Shown: positions 1 through 10,376, counted from the first letter of the stretch. The stretch is 64,000 bases of DNA from an uncultured Collinsella sp. (GCA_900550195.1 URRB01000010.1:11979-75978); one strand, 5' to 3'. Notes: generated by a model from the letters alone, not told the origin. Translations and numbers: made by a program.

Positions 1-762
1 CTTATTCCCATAGCAGCCTATGCCATGGGATCGCTGTTCTTTGGCTCCAATCCCAACCTTGTCTGCGGCATCGTGCTCGAGTACAGCGTACCCGTGGCGG
101 TCACTGCCTTTATGTGGATTAGCATGTTCGGCGGCAACGGCCCGCTCGCGCTCACCATCATCCTGACGTCCTCGGTTATCTCGCCTGTGACGATTCCGCT
201 CACGCTGAAGCTCTTGCTGGGTGCCACCGTCTCGATCGATGTGCTGAGCATGATGCAGGACATGGCCTTTATGATCGCCATCCCCGCCGTGCTCGGCATC
301 GTGATCAACGAGCTCACACGTGGATGGGGACACGAGAAGCTCTCCCCCGCGCTCTCGCCCGCCTGCAAGTTCATGATGATGGGCATTATCGCCTCCAACT
401 CCACCGCCATGAGCGAGTACGTCCTGCACATGAACGCGATGCGTCTGGAAGTCGCCCTCTTTATTTTGACCTTCGCCATCAGCGGCTTTGTCGTCGGTTT
501 TCTGGTCGCCCGTGCGCTGCATCTGCCATATAGCGAGACGACTACCATGTGCTTTACCTGCGGCATGCGTAACATCTCTTCGGGCGCCGTCATCGCCACA
601 CAGTACTTTCCAGGCGAAGTCGTGTTTCCCGTCATGTGCGGAACGCTGTTTCAGCAGATACTCGCCTCGTTTATCGGGCATCTCTTTGAGCGTCTGACCG
701 ACGAGGAGCGCGCCGCCCAGCGCAAGCGTGTCGAGGCCGGCCGCGACGCCATGGCGCGCTAG
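1..762 (+). CDS. Bile acid:sodium symporter (BASS/SBF) family transporter, 5' end outside the window
   Basis: Frame is open from base 1; multiple TM helices; GGN.LAL, P.T.PL and CGMRN.S.G motifs typical of SBF proteins. Confidence 0.8.
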   Translation, partial: LIPIAAYAMGSLFFGSNPNLVCGIVLEYSVPVAVTAFMWISMFGGNGPLALTIILTSSVISPVTIPLTLKLLLGATVSIDVLSMMQDMAFMIAIPAVLGIVINELTRGWGHEKLSPALSPACKFMMMGIIASNSTAMSEYVLHMNAMRLEVALFILTFAISGFVVGFLVARALHLPYSETTTMCFTCGMRNISSGAVIATQYFPGEVVFPVMCGTLFQQILASFIGHLFERLTDEERAAQRKRVEAGRDAMAR

Positions 763-792
763 ACTGTCCGCATTACACGGGTGTTAATCTTG

Positions 793-1590
793 CTATACGA
801 GCGTTTCCAGATGCGCACGCAAGCGCTCAGCATCGATATCGAGCGTTGTCTCGGCATTGACCTGGGCCAAACGATAACCGACAAAGTAGGGCGAAACCAC
901 CCAACGCGGCAGCGCCTTGGCAATGGTCCGACCGCCCAGGTGATAGAAGAACAAGTTGTACGACTCTGCGCGACCACCGTGGTGCTCGTTCAGGATATAG
1001 CGCAGAGCCACCTGGATCGCATCGGCGAAGAGATCTGCCTCGGCTTGGTCTCTTGTGTCATCGCTGGCGGCAATTCCCTGCGGGGCTGAAACGTTGACCT
1101 CAAAGAACCCCATGATCGGTTCGGTTGAGATGTTGGCCGCGATTCTCCCCTGTTGCCAGACATTGATGCCTTCGAAATTGGCGGAAGTCAACGAAGCATA
1201 GCCGTCTTCCTGCTCCAAACCCACAATCTGCATGTGCGGATGAACGAGACTACCGCCCGAGAGAGGACCCTTGTTCTTGTACATGAGCACGCTTCGATAC
1301 TGCTGTGAATCGATCATCTGCTGCCAGCAATCCAGGGCAAACCTCATCACATGGTGGAGTTCATCTGGCTCATAGGTCGCCAGGTCGGCATCGTGATCGG
1401 CTGACTCGATCAGCACGGTTTGACGGGTGGCGCGCAGGGTTTTGAACTTATTCTCGAGCCAGATGCAGTCGCCGTCGCGCCGGATGATATTGGCGAGTCC
1501 CTCGGTATCGCAAAAGGGGCACGCGGTGCCAGGGCGCCGGTTGTCGTCGGGCTTGCCGCTCGCCTGCTGAACGTCAAATACCAGCGCCAC
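793..1590 (-). CDS. DUF4931 family HIT-like (GalT-like) nucleotidyltransferase/hydrolase
   Basis: CPFC, ENKF and NKGPLSGGSLVHPHMQ (HxHxQ) motifs. Confidence 0.75.
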   Translation of the reverse strand: MALVFDVQQASGKPDDNRRPGTACPFCDTEGLANIIRRDGDCIWLENKFKTLRATRQTVLIESADHDADLATYEPDELHHVMRFALDCWQQMIDSQQYRSVLMYKNKGPLSGGSLVHPHMQIVGLEQEDGYASLTSANFEGINVWQQGRIAANISTEPIMGFFEVNVSAPQGIAASDDTRDQAEADLFADAIQVALRYILNEHHGGRAESYNLFFYHLGGRTIAKALPRWVVSPYFVGYRLAQVNAETTLDIDAERLRAHLETLV

Positions 1591-1593
1591 GGG

Positions 1594-2271
1594 TTACGCC
1601 TCCAGCGGCACGATCTTGGTGCCATGGAGCTCGGAGACGCCCAATGCCGCCGCCACGGTATCGCGGTTGGCCGTGGAAATGCCGCCGCCGGGAAGGATGG
1701 TCAGGCGGTCGCCCGCATACTCGATCAAGCGGGCCAGGTTTTCGAAGTTGTCCTCGATCGGCGTACCGGCAGCGCCACCATGCGTCAGGATGCGTGTGAT
1801 GCCGCAGTCGGCGAGTGTGTCAATCGCGTCGAGCTGAGCCTCGGGCGAGAGCTGATCAAACGCCATGTGGAAGGTGATGTCGATGGGCTCACGCTTGCAT
1901 TCCTCGGTCGCGCAGCCCGCGGCCATCACGAGAGCGCCCAACGTAAGCTCGTCGAGCGCCCATCCGCCAGCGCAGGGCTTGCAGCTGCCAAAGACCAAGC
2001 CGTCAACGCCGGCGCTTACGGCAAGGCCCAGGTCCATCTCCATCATGCGCAGCTCGTCTTGGTTGTAATGAAAGTCACCGCCACGCGGGCGAATCATGCA
2101 CATCACTCGCGCGTCATGCTCGTGAGCATAGCTGACTGTAGCGCTGATAACACCGGCCGAGGGTGTAGTGCCACCGACGGCAAGGTTGTCGCACAGTTCA
2201 ATACGCCTTGCACCGGCATCGATAGCCGCCGGCACCCGCTCAAAGTTCTCGGCACAAAACTCGTACAGCAT
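1594..2271 (-). CDS. cutC: Copper homeostasis protein CutC
   Basis: EFC, RIELCDNLAVGGTTPS, MIRPRGGDF, TFHMAFD, RILTHGG motifs. Confidence 0.92.
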   Translation of the reverse strand: MLYEFCAENFERVPAAIDAGARRIELCDNLAVGGTTPSAGVISATVSYAHEHDARVMCMIRPRGGDFHYNQDELRMMEMDLGLAVSAGVDGLVFGSCKPCAGGWALDELTLGALVMAAGCATEECKREPIDITFHMAFDQLSPEAQLDAIDTLADCGITRILTHGGAAGTPIEDNFENLARLIEYAGDRLTILPGGGISTANRDTVAAALGVSELHGTKIVPLEA

Positions 2272-2397
2272 AGATAGACCCCCAAAGACAGCAGATGTTT
2301 TCCGACGGGCATTGTCACACATCCCCATGAAGTTGCGGTGGAATAGGGACTCATTTGGCCTCTGGAGCCCGTATTCAGTCCCTATTTCACCGCAACT

Positions 2398-2435
2398 AAA
2401 AAGGGGCGCTGACTGAGATAGTCAGCGCCCCTTTT
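2398..2435. terminator. Intrinsic terminator of the liv operon (bidirectional-type hairpin)
   Basis: AAAAAGGGGCGCTGACT-gagat-AGTCAGCGCCCCTTTT perfect stem with A/T tracts on both sides. Confidence 0.85.
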
Positions 2436-2445
2436 GTTAGGTGGG

Positions 2446-3159
2446 TTAGCCTCCGAGGTAGGCCTTGCGGACGTTGTCGTCGTGCAGGAGCTCTTGGCCG
2501 GTGCCGGTCATGGTGATCTTGCCGGTCTCGAGCACGTAACCGCGTGTGGCGATGGAAAGCGCCATCTGCGCATTTTGCTCGACCAGAAGCACCGTGGTGC
2601 CGGCCTTGTGCAGGTCCTCGACAATCTGGAAGATCTGTTCGATCAGAATCGGTGCCAGACCCATGGAAGGTTCGTCGAGCATAAGCAGTTTGGGGTTACT
2701 CATAAGGGCGCGCCCCATAACGAGCATCTGCTGCTCGCCGCCTGAAAGGGTGCCGGCGACCTGGCGACGACGTTCCTTCAGGCGCGGGAACTGCTCGTAG
2801 ACGCGCTCCAGGCCCGGAGCCACCGTGGACTTGGGCTGCGTATAGGCGCCCATCTCCAGGTTCTCCTCAACCGTCATCTGCAAAAAGGCGCGACGACCCT
2901 CGGGAACCTGAGCCAGGCCCTTACCAACCAGCTTATCAGCGGGCGTATGGGTAATGTCCTCGCCCATAAACTTGATGGAACCGGTCTTGGAGCGAAGCAG
3001 GCCCGAAACGGTCTTGAGCGTTGTGGACTTGCCGGCACCGTTCGCACCGATCAGGGCCACGATCTCGCCCTCGTTGACGTTAAAGGAGATGTCCTTGATG
3101 GCATGGATGGCGCCGTACCAGACGTTGATGTTGTAGACGGAAAGCATCGGCTCTGCCAT
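2446..3159 (-). CDS. livF: Branched-chain amino acid ABC transporter ATP-binding protein
   Basis: Walker A GANGAGKS, VPEGRR, LSGGEQQM, LDEPSMGLAP, VEQN. Confidence 0.93.
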   Translation of the reverse strand: MAEPMLSVYNINVWYGAIHAIKDISFNVNEGEIVALIGANGAGKSTTLKTVSGLLRSKTGSIKFMGEDITHTPADKLVGKGLAQVPEGRRAFLQMTVEENLEMGAYTQPKSTVAPGLERVYEQFPRLKERRRQVAGTLSGGEQQMLVMGRALMSNPKLLMLDEPSMGLAPILIEQIFQIVEDLHKAGTTVLLVEQNAQMALSIATRGYVLETGKITMTGTGQELLHDDNVRKAYLGG

Positions 3160-4020
3160 TTAGTTCTCCCCCTTATTCTGCTTGCCCAGATACGCCTCGA
3201 TAACGGCATCGTTGTTCTGGATTTCCTCGGCCGTGCCCTTGGCGATGACCTTGCCAAAGTTAAGCACGCAGATACCCTCGCAAATATTCATGACGAGCGA
3301 CATGTCGTGCTCAATAAGCATGATGGCGATACCAAAGGTGTCGCGAATCTTAACGATGTTCTCCATGAGCTCGGCGGTCTCGGACGGGTTCATGCCTGCG
3401 GCAGGCTCGTCGAGCAGCAGCAGTTTGGGGTTGGTGGCAAGCGCGCGGACGATCTCCAGACGACGCTGAGCGCCGTAAGGCAGCGATCCGGCCTGCTCGT
3501 TTGCCAGATGCTCCATATCAAAGATGGACAGCAGCTCCATGGCGCGTTCGTGAGCAGCCTTCTCGTGCTTCCAGTACGTCGGCAGGCGCAGCACGCCCTC
3601 AAAACCGGAGTAGCGCTCCTGATTGTGCAGACCGACCTTGACGTTGTCCTCCACCGTCATGGTGTTGAACAGGCGAATGTTCTGGAATGTACGGGCAATA
3701 CCCATGCGGTTGACCTGATAGACCGACTTGCCCGAGGTGTCCTCACCGTCGAGCAGGATGGTGCCGTGCGTGGGCTGATACACCTTGGTGAGCAGGTTGA
3801 AGACCGTGGTCTTACCGGCACCGTTGGGGCCGATCAGACCGGCGATCTCGGTCTTGCCGATAGTCAGGCTAAGGTCGTCGACTGCCTTAAGGCCACCGAA
3901 CTCAATGCCCAGGTGGATGCACTCGAGTGCCGGGCGCTGACCCAGGTCGCGGTCGGGAACGATGGCGCCAGAAGGATACGGGACCATCTTGCCCTTGTTG
4001 AACTCAAATTTACTGGGCAT
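3160..4020 (-). CDS. livG: Branched-chain amino acid ABC transporter ATP-binding protein
   Basis: FGGL.AV, GPNGAGKT, ARTFQNIRLF, LPYG.QRRLEI, LDEPAAGMN, EAYLG. Confidence 0.93.
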   Translation of the reverse strand: MPSKFEFNKGKMVPYPSGAIVPDRDLGQRPALECIHLGIEFGGLKAVDDLSLTIGKTEIAGLIGPNGAGKTTVFNLLTKVYQPTHGTILLDGEDTSGKSVYQVNRMGIARTFQNIRLFNTMTVEDNVKVGLHNQERYSGFEGVLRLPTYWKHEKAAHERAMELLSIFDMEHLANEQAGSLPYGAQRRLEIVRALATNPKLLLLDEPAAGMNPSETAELMENIVKIRDTFGIAIMLIEHDMSLVMNICEGICVLNFGKVIAKGTAEEIQNNDAVIEAYLGKQNKGEN

Positions 4021-5089
4021 CGGCTGCCACCTCCTTCTTGGAAGCAAAGCGATCCTTAATGCGTGCGAAGAACGCCTTGAGCTGTGGGTTGTTGGTAAAG
4101 ACCATGACCAGAATCAACACGATGGCGTAGATGAGCATGCGGTAGTCCGAGAACTGACGGAGCAGCTCGGGGAGCACCGTGAGCAGCGCCGCGGCGATAA
4201 CGGAGCCGCGCATGTTGCCCAGGCCGCCCAGGACCACGAACACCAGAATGAGAATGGACGTATTGAAGTCGAACTTAGTGGCGGAAAGCTGCGAGAAGTT
4301 ACCGCCGAACAGAGCTCCGGCAGCACCGGCGAGGGCAGCGGAAACCACGAAGGCGATCATGCGGTACTGAGTGACGGAGATGCCCACAGACTCGGCAGCG
4401 ATCTTGTTGTCGCGCACGGCAATAATGGCACGACCGGTACGGCTGCGAACCAGGTTGAGCACAATCACGAGCGCGACCATAACCAGGATTGCGCCGGCAA
4501 GGAAGGTCGAATAGGTCGACACGCCCGATGCACCCTGCGCGCCCTTGATGATGGCGGTGCCGTCCTCGAGCAGGTGCAGGTCGTCGATCGTGGAGTTACC
4601 CGTGATGTTAAAGATCACATGCAGGCCGCGGGAATCGACGCCCACAATGAGGCAGGTGACGGCCTCTTTGATAATCTCGCCAAAAGCCAGGGTCACGATG
4701 GCCAGATAGTCGCCGCTCAGGCGCAGGACCGGGATACCGATCAAGAAGCCCAAGATGGCAGCGGCGATAGCGCCGACCACAATGCTGATGATCAGACGCA
4801 TCGGATCAGACGGAACGGTGCTCTCCAGCGCGACGGCAGTGACGATGCCCGTATAGGCACCGACGCTCATAAAGCCCGCGTGGCCCAGCGACAAGTCGCC
4901 CGCGATGCCGACGACGAGGTTAAGGGAGATGGCCATGACGATATAGGCTGTGATGGGAACCAGCTGACCGGCGATCATGCGCGGGATCATGTGGTTGGAC
5001 TGCATAAAGAACACGATGGCGAACGCCACAACGCACATGGCGTACGTGACAAAGTCGTGACGTGTCTGCTTGTCTTTAAGAAACTTCAT
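4010..5089 (-). CDS. livM: Branched-chain amino acid ABC transporter permease
   Basis: LSLGHAGF, LRL.GDYLAIVTLAFGEI, VVLGGLG motifs. Confidence 0.92.
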   Translation of the reverse strand: MKFLKDKQTRHDFVTYAMCVVAFAIVFFMQSNHMIPRMIAGQLVPITAYIVMAISLNLVVGIAGDLSLGHAGFMSVGAYTGIVTAVALESTVPSDPMRLIISIVVGAIAAAILGFLIGIPVLRLSGDYLAIVTLAFGEIIKEAVTCLIVGVDSRGLHVIFNITGNSTIDDLHLLEDGTAIIKGAQGASGVSTYSTFLAGAILVMVALVIVLNLVRSRTGRAIIAVRDNKIAAESVGISVTQYRMIAFVVSAALAGAAGALFGGNFSQLSATKFDFNTSILILVFVVLGGLGNMRGSVIAAALLTVLPELLRQFSDYRMLIYAIVLILVMVFTNNPQLKAFFARIKDRFASKKEVAADAQ

Positions 5090-5098
5090 AACGCTCAC

Positions 5099-5980
5099 CT
5101 ACACCTTCTCGGGGACGTACTTGCCCAAGAGGCCGGCAGGCTTGACGAGCAGGACGATGATCAAAACACCAAAGACGATGGAGTTGGCAAGGCTCGTGGA
5201 AATGTAAGCCTGCGCCATCGCCTCGATGATGCCGATGAGAATGCCGCCGACAAAGGCGCCGGGGATGGAGCCGATGCCGCCGAAAACGGCAGCGTCGAAG
5301 GCCTTGATGCCAGGCATGGCGCCCGTGGTGGGCTGCAGGACCGGCGAGTAGGAGCACAGGAGCACGCCGGCGATGGCAGCGAGGGCGGAGCCGATGGCGA
5401 ACGTCATCGAGATGGTGCGGTTGACGTTGATGCCCATGAGCTGAGCGGCGGCCTTATCCTCGGACACGGCGCGCATGGCCTTGCCCATCTTGGTCTTACC
5501 TGTAAAGAACATCAGGCCGGCCATGATAACCAGGCAGGCGACGATGGTGACGAGCGAGACGGCGCTTACGTTAAACTTGGCCAAGAACTCCGGCACCGGG
5601 AAGGTGACGAGCGAAGTGAAGTTCTTGGGCGTGGCGCCCCACAGAAGCTGCGCGGCGTTCTGCAGGAAGTAAGACACGCCGATGGCCGTAATCAGAACGG
5701 CCAGCGGGCCCGCCTGGCGCAGCGGCTTATAGGCCAGACCCTCAATGAGAACACCGAGGACCGTGCAGACCACACAAGAGAGAACTACAGATGCCCAGCC
5801 TGGGAGGCCGAGATACGACGTGGCGCAGAACGAGACATAGGCACCGACCATGATGACATCGCCGTGAGCGAAGTTGAGCATCTTGGCGATACCGTAGACC
5901 ATGGTGTAGCCCAACGCGATGATGGCGTAGACGCTGCCCATGGACAGGCCGTTGACCAGGTATTGGATAAAGACCGTCAT
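5099..5980 (-). CDS. livH: Branched-chain amino acid ABC transporter permease
   Basis: NGLSMGSVYAIIALGYTMVYG, NFAHG, GKAMRAVSED, GGIGS motifs; RBS GAAAGGGGG. Confidence 0.93.
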   Translation of the reverse strand: MTVFIQYLVNGLSMGSVYAIIALGYTMVYGIAKMLNFAHGDVIMVGAYVSFCATSYLGLPGWASVVLSCVVCTVLGVLIEGLAYKPLRQAGPLAVLITAIGVSYFLQNAAQLLWGATPKNFTSLVTFPVPEFLAKFNVSAVSLVTIVACLVIMAGLMFFTGKTKMGKAMRAVSEDKAAAQLMGINVNRTISMTFAIGSALAAIAGVLLCSYSPVLQPTTGAMPGIKAFDAAVFGGIGSIPGAFVGGILIGIIEAMAQAYISTSLANSIVFGVLIIVLLVKPAGLLGKYVPEKV

Positions 5981-6119
5981 GTTCCACATCCCCCTTTCGA
6001 ATAGGTTTCCAGTTAGTGTATGAAACAGGGACGTTACACTGTCCCTAGATACCAAGCAAGCAGGGAAGGCCAAAACCTCCCCTGCTTGGGATCAAAACCG
6101 CTCTATGTAAGGCGGCCAA

Positions 6120-7307
6120 TTAGGCCTGTACGTACTTACCGTCGGTGATGACGTACACCGTGGGCTCCTTCTGGACCTGGCCCTTATCGTTCCAGGTGAG
6201 CTTGCCGGTCAGACCGTCAACGGTAATCTTGAGCATAGCCTTGGACAGCTTCTCGGCGACCTCGGTCGGATCGGCGTCGACACCAAGACCGGCCTCCTTG
6301 ACGGCCTCGGCCACCGCGTGCACGCCGTCGTAGGCGTCGGCGGCAAACTGGTCGGGGGTATCGCCGTACTTATCCTTGTAAGCGTTAACGAAGTCGGCGT
6401 TCTTCTCGTCGTCGGCGGAGAACGGGGTCATGAGCAGCAGACCCTCGGCAAGAGAGGTATCGAAGCCCTCAACGCCCAGGATGCCGTCCATGCCGTCGCA
6501 GCCCATCATCTTGACGTCGTAGCCCATGTCCTTGGCGTTCTTGAGCAGGACGGACGCCGGCGTGTAGTAGATCGGCGCAAAGATCATGGTGGCGCCGGCC
6601 TGCTTGGCCTTGGTCAGCTGGTTGGTAAAGCTCGTGGCGGAGTCGTCCTTAAAGGTCTCCTCGTCAACAATCTCGAGCTTGGACTCAGCGGCCTGGGCCT
6701 TAAAGGAATCTGCGATGCCCGAAGAATAGGCGTCGCCGGAGTTATAGAACAGCACGAACTTCTCGTCCGCATACTTCTGCGCCAGGAACTTGGCAGCGTT
6801 GACACCCTGGTTGGGGTCGGTGAAGCAAACCTGGAAGACGCAATCCTTGCCGTCGGTGACGTCCTCGGAGGACGCGGACGGGGTGATCATGAACGTCTTG
6901 GGGTCGTTACCGCACTCTGCGGCAACGGCAACCGACGCACCCGTGGTGGTCGGGCCGACGAGGGCCTGCATGCCCCAGTCGAGCAGGGTGTTGAAGGCGT
7001 TGACGGCCTTCTCGCCGTCGGCCTGGTCATCCTCGGCCTTGCTGGCAAGCGGCAGCTCCTTGGTCGAGAAATCCTTGCAGCCAAGCTCGACACCCTGGGT
7101 AACGGACTTGCCGTAGGACGCGTTGGCGCCGGTCAGCGGGCCGATGGTACCGATCTTAAACGAAGCGTCGCTCGAAGCGGAACCGCTGTCGCCGCCGTTG
7201 GAGGAGCAGCCAGCTAGAATGGACATCGCCCCCAGACCTGCTGCGCTCGCGATAACGCTCCTGCGATTCATAACAGGGTTCAATGACTTACCGGTGAGGC
7301 TCGACAT
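6120..7307 (-). CDS. livJ: Branched-chain amino acid ABC substrate-binding lipoprotein (LivJ/LivK family) with a Tat-type signal
   Basis: NRRSVI twin-arginine motif plus LAGC lipobox; GPLTG..A.YG, F.CFTD..QG; heads the liv operon. Confidence 0.88.
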   Translation of the reverse strand: MSSLTGKSLNPVMNRRSVIASAAGLGAMSILAGCSSNGGDSGSASSDASFKIGTIGPLTGANASYGKSVTQGVELGCKDFSTKELPLASKAEDDQADGEKAVNAFNTLLDWGMQALVGPTTTGASVAVAAECGNDPKTFMITPSASSEDVTDGKDCVFQVCFTDPNQGVNAAKFLAQKYADEKFVLFYNSGDAYSSGIADSFKAQAAESKLEIVDEETFKDDSATSFTNQLTKAKQAGATMIFAPIYYTPASVLLKNAKDMGYDVKMMGCDGMDGILGVEGFDTSLAEGLLLMTPFSADDEKNADFVNAYKDKYGDTPDQFAADAYDGVHAVAEAVKEAGLGVDADPTEVAEKLSKAMLKITVDGLTGKLTWNDKGQVQKEPTVYVITDGKYVQA

Positions 7308-7578
7308 GCGGCTCTCCTCTCAAATCTCGTCGGGTTTCGGTTACCCGACAGGCCATCCTTCGCCGTGTTCGGCGTTCGCAAAATACTAGACGCTTTAGTT
7401 AAGGAAAGTGGCGATTATTTCAACTTTTCTTTGGATTTGTTGATTTATCCATAATTCTGCGTATTTCTATTACTTTATGCAGTATTGCCACTTTATTATG
7501 TAAAAGTAATGTTTCCGTTCTGTTACAAGTATACCTGCCTTGAATAAAACAGCCTCACCGGTCGTGCTTTATGCGCAC

Positions 7579-7774
7579 TTAGGAAGCGATGTACTTGCCG
7601 TCCTGGATCACATGGGCTGTCCATGCCGTCGGCACCCATTAGTGTCATGTCGTAGCTCATGTCCTTGGCGTTCTTGAGCAAAACGGACGCTGGGGTGTAA
7701 TAGATCGGGGCAAAAATAAGCGTGGCTCCGACAAGGAAACTCCTGCGGTTAAGTACGTTGTTGATGCTAAACAT
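7579..7774 (-). pseudogene. Remnant of a second LivJ/K paralog with two internal deletions
   Basis: Tat signal NRRSFL fused directly to GATLIFAPIYYTPASVLLKNAKDM..GMD (nearly identical to the middle of livJ), then a frameshifted C-terminus VIQDGKYIAS* matching livJ VITDGKYVQA*. Confidence 0.85.
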
Positions 7775-8024
7775 GGTGTCCCCCTTTTCGCTGGCCGCGG
7801 TGCGGCCGTCTTGCGGTACAGGGCAAACCTTATGGTGCAAACGTTGACAGTTTGTTACGGAGTTCCGTTTGTAGCGAGCATGTTTCCAATGTTTCCGCAG
7901 CGTTTCGGGGGTGCCGTTTTGTGCGACTCCTGTTGCCTAGCGAGCACGCGCCCTCGGTTCACGCTAGAATGCACTCAACCTTTAAGCGGTTAATCCATCC
8001 ATAAGATGCACGAAGGAGCTATCT

Positions 8025-9368
8025 ATGAGCGAACCCCTGCGCACCGTGAACGTCGGCCTCATCGGTCTGGGAACCGTCGGCGGCGGCGTGGCCCGTCTGA
8101 TCAAGAGCCACCACGATGAGTACCTGGCCGCCTACGGCATCGACCTTAAGCTGACCCGCGCCTGCGCGCTTGCCTGGGAGCAGGCCGAAGCCGCCGGTAT
8201 TGAGCGCGAGGCCTTTACGAGCGACTGGCACGACGTCGTCACCGACCCCGCCGTCGATATCGTCGTCGAGCTCATCGGCGGCGAGCACCCCGCGACCGAA
8301 ATCTTCACCACCGCCTTCGAGAACGGCAAGCACGTCGTCTCTGCCAACAAGGCCCTGCTGGGCCGTCATGTCGAGACGCTCGCCGAGAAGGCGCGCGCGT
8401 GCGGCGTGCAGATTAAGTGCGAGGCCAGCTGCGGCGGTGGCATCCCCATTGTCAGCACGCTCGAGCACGACCTGGTGGGCAACAAGATCCTGACCATCGC
8501 TGGCATTCTCAACGGCACCACCAACTACATCCTGTCGCGCATGGACGCCGAGGGCGCCGATTACGCTGACGTGCTCGCCGACGCCCAGGCAAAGGGCTAT
8601 GCCGAGGCCGACCCGTCCGCCGACGTCGACGGCTTCGACGCCGCCAGCAAGACGGCAATCCTCGCTTCCATCGGCTTTGGCACCCGCGTGACCACCGACG
8701 ATGTCTACCAGCAGGGTATCCGTACCATCGGCGCCGAGGACATTGCCCAGGCCCGCGAGCTCGGCTACACCATCAAGCTGCTGGGGATCGCACGCAACAC
8801 CGACGCCGGCGTCGACGTCCGCGTGCATCCCACGCTCATCCCGGCAGACCATATGCTCGCCAAGGTCAACGGCGCCATGAACGCCGTCTACGTGGTGGGT
8901 GACGCCGTGGGCGAAACCATGTTCTACGGTGCCGGCGCAGGCTCCTTCCCCACCGCGAGCGCCGTCGTGGGCGATATCCTGTCGCTCTCCGAGCAGATCA
9001 GCCGCGGCGTGGCTCCGCTGCCCGAGATTGAGCCCTATGGTCACAACCTCGCCTTTAAGCCCATGGACGAGCTCCAGACCAAGTACTATGTGCGCCTGAA
9101 GGTCGCCGACCGCGTGGGTGCCCTGTCCGAGACGGTCGACATCTTTGCCAAGCACAACATCTCGATCTCGCTCATCAACCAGGTCGAGGACGGCAAGTCG
9201 GGCGTCAGCGATGCCTGCTCGGTCATCTTCCTGACGCACCGCGCACTCGAGAAGGACGTCCAGGCTGCCGCCGCCGAGCTTGCCAGTGTCGACTGCGTGG
9301 CCGAGGTCGCCAACGTCCTGCGTATCGAGGACGTCGAGGCCTGGACCGAAGGTGTTATGGCCAACTAA
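8025..9368 (+). CDS. hom: Homoserine dehydrogenase with C-terminal ACT domain
   Basis: GLGTVGGG, VVSANKALL, EASCGGGIP, GILNGTTNYIL, GYAEADP.ADVDG.D, G.GAG..PTASAV. Confidence 0.95.
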   Translation: MSEPLRTVNVGLIGLGTVGGGVARLIKSHHDEYLAAYGIDLKLTRACALAWEQAEAAGIEREAFTSDWHDVVTDPAVDIVVELIGGEHPATEIFTTAFENGKHVVSANKALLGRHVETLAEKARACGVQIKCEASCGGGIPIVSTLEHDLVGNKILTIAGILNGTTNYILSRMDAEGADYADVLADAQAKGYAEADPSADVDGFDAASKTAILASIGFGTRVTTDDVYQQGIRTIGAEDIAQARELGYTIKLLGIARNTDAGVDVRVHPTLIPADHMLAKVNGAMNAVYVVGDAVGETMFYGAGAGSFPTASAVVGDILSLSEQISRGVAPLPEIEPYGHNLAFKPMDELQTKYYVRLKVADRVGALSETVDIFAKHNISISLINQVEDGKSGVSDACSVIFLTHRALEKDVQAAAAELASVDCVAEVANVLRIEDVEAWTEGVMAN

Positions 9369-9399
9369 TCCAACGCTTGCCTAGCAATACACGCTTTGA

Positions 9400-9433
9400 G
9401 GGCTCCCGTCCGATGTGGGATGGGAGCCTTTTT
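9400..9433 (+). terminator. Intrinsic terminator after hom
   Basis: GGCTCCCGTCC/GGATGGGAGCC stem followed by TTTTT. Confidence 0.8.
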
Positions 9434-9582
9434 GTCTCCTGCCCTAAGCACAACGACAGGGCACATTTGCGCGAGCCGCTCATCGGTAACGCGGGCTACC
9501 GTTCACCGATATGCAAACACGGCCGATTCCGGTTACGGCTACGCTGTGCTGCGAATGTCCGCCCGCGATGAGAGGAAATACC

Positions 9583-10332
9583 ATGTTGCTCGAGGGCAAG
9601 AAAGCAATCATCACCGGAGGCACGCGCGGTATCGGCTATGCCATCGCCTGCCGTTTTATCGAGGAGGGCGCCTCCGTCACTGTCTTTGGCTCGCGTCAAG
9701 AGACCGCCGATGCGGCCGTTGAGAAGCTGACAGCCGCCTATCCCGACGCCAAGGTCTGGGGCCGCTCCTGCGACCTCACCTCACTCGAAGCCGTGACCGA
9801 GGCCTTTACCCAGGCTGCATCCGACATGGGCGGCTTGGACACGGTCGTCAACAATGCCGGTATCTCCCAGCGTTCACCCCTCTTGGACTACACGGCCGAG
9901 GAGTTCGCAAAGGTCATGGACCTTAACGTCGTCGCCGTCTTTAATGGCCACCAGGCTGCCGCCAAGATCATGACCGAGGCCGGCCACGGCGGCACCATCA
10001 CTACCACAAGCTCGATGGTCGCCAAGTACGGCCAGCCCTCCGGCGTCGGTTACCCCACGTCCAAGTTTGCCGTCAACGGTATGGTCCAGTCACTCTCGCG
10101 CGAGCTCGCCCCTATGGGTATTCGCGTCAACGCCGTTGCCCCTGGCGTGACTAAGACTGACATGGTCGCCAACCTGCCCGAAGAGGTCATCAAACCCATC
10201 ATCGCCACTATCCCTCTCGGCCGCATGGGTGAGCCCGAGGACGTCGCCAACGCCTTCGTTTTCCTAGCGAGCGACATGTCCTCCTATGTCACGGGCGCCG
10301 TGCTCCCCGTCGACGGAGCCGCCCGCTCTTAA
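9583..10332 (+). CDS. SDR oxidoreductase, BaiA/3alpha-hydroxysteroid dehydrogenase-like
   Basis: TGGTRGIG, NNAG, catalytic YPTSK; GQPSGVGYP.SK and C-terminal VDGAARS resemble gut-bacterial 3alpha-HSDHs as recalled. Confidence 0.8.
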   Translation: MLLEGKKAIITGGTRGIGYAIACRFIEEGASVTVFGSRQETADAAVEKLTAAYPDAKVWGRSCDLTSLEAVTEAFTQAASDMGGLDTVVNNAGISQRSPLLDYTAEEFAKVMDLNVVAVFNGHQAAAKIMTEAGHGGTITTTSSMVAKYGQPSGVGYPTSKFAVNGMVQSLSRELAPMGIRVNAVAPGVTKTDMVANLPEEVIKPIIATIPLGRMGEPEDVANAFVFLASDMSSYVTGAVLPVDGAARS

Positions 10333-10376
10333 GGGACCACAAGCCTCAGCTCCCAGCCTCAACATAGTCCAACAAA

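Noticed and set aside
3962..6004. 680-aa plus-strand ORF
   Set aside because: Antisense shadow of livH/livM caused by high-GC codon bias; no motifs
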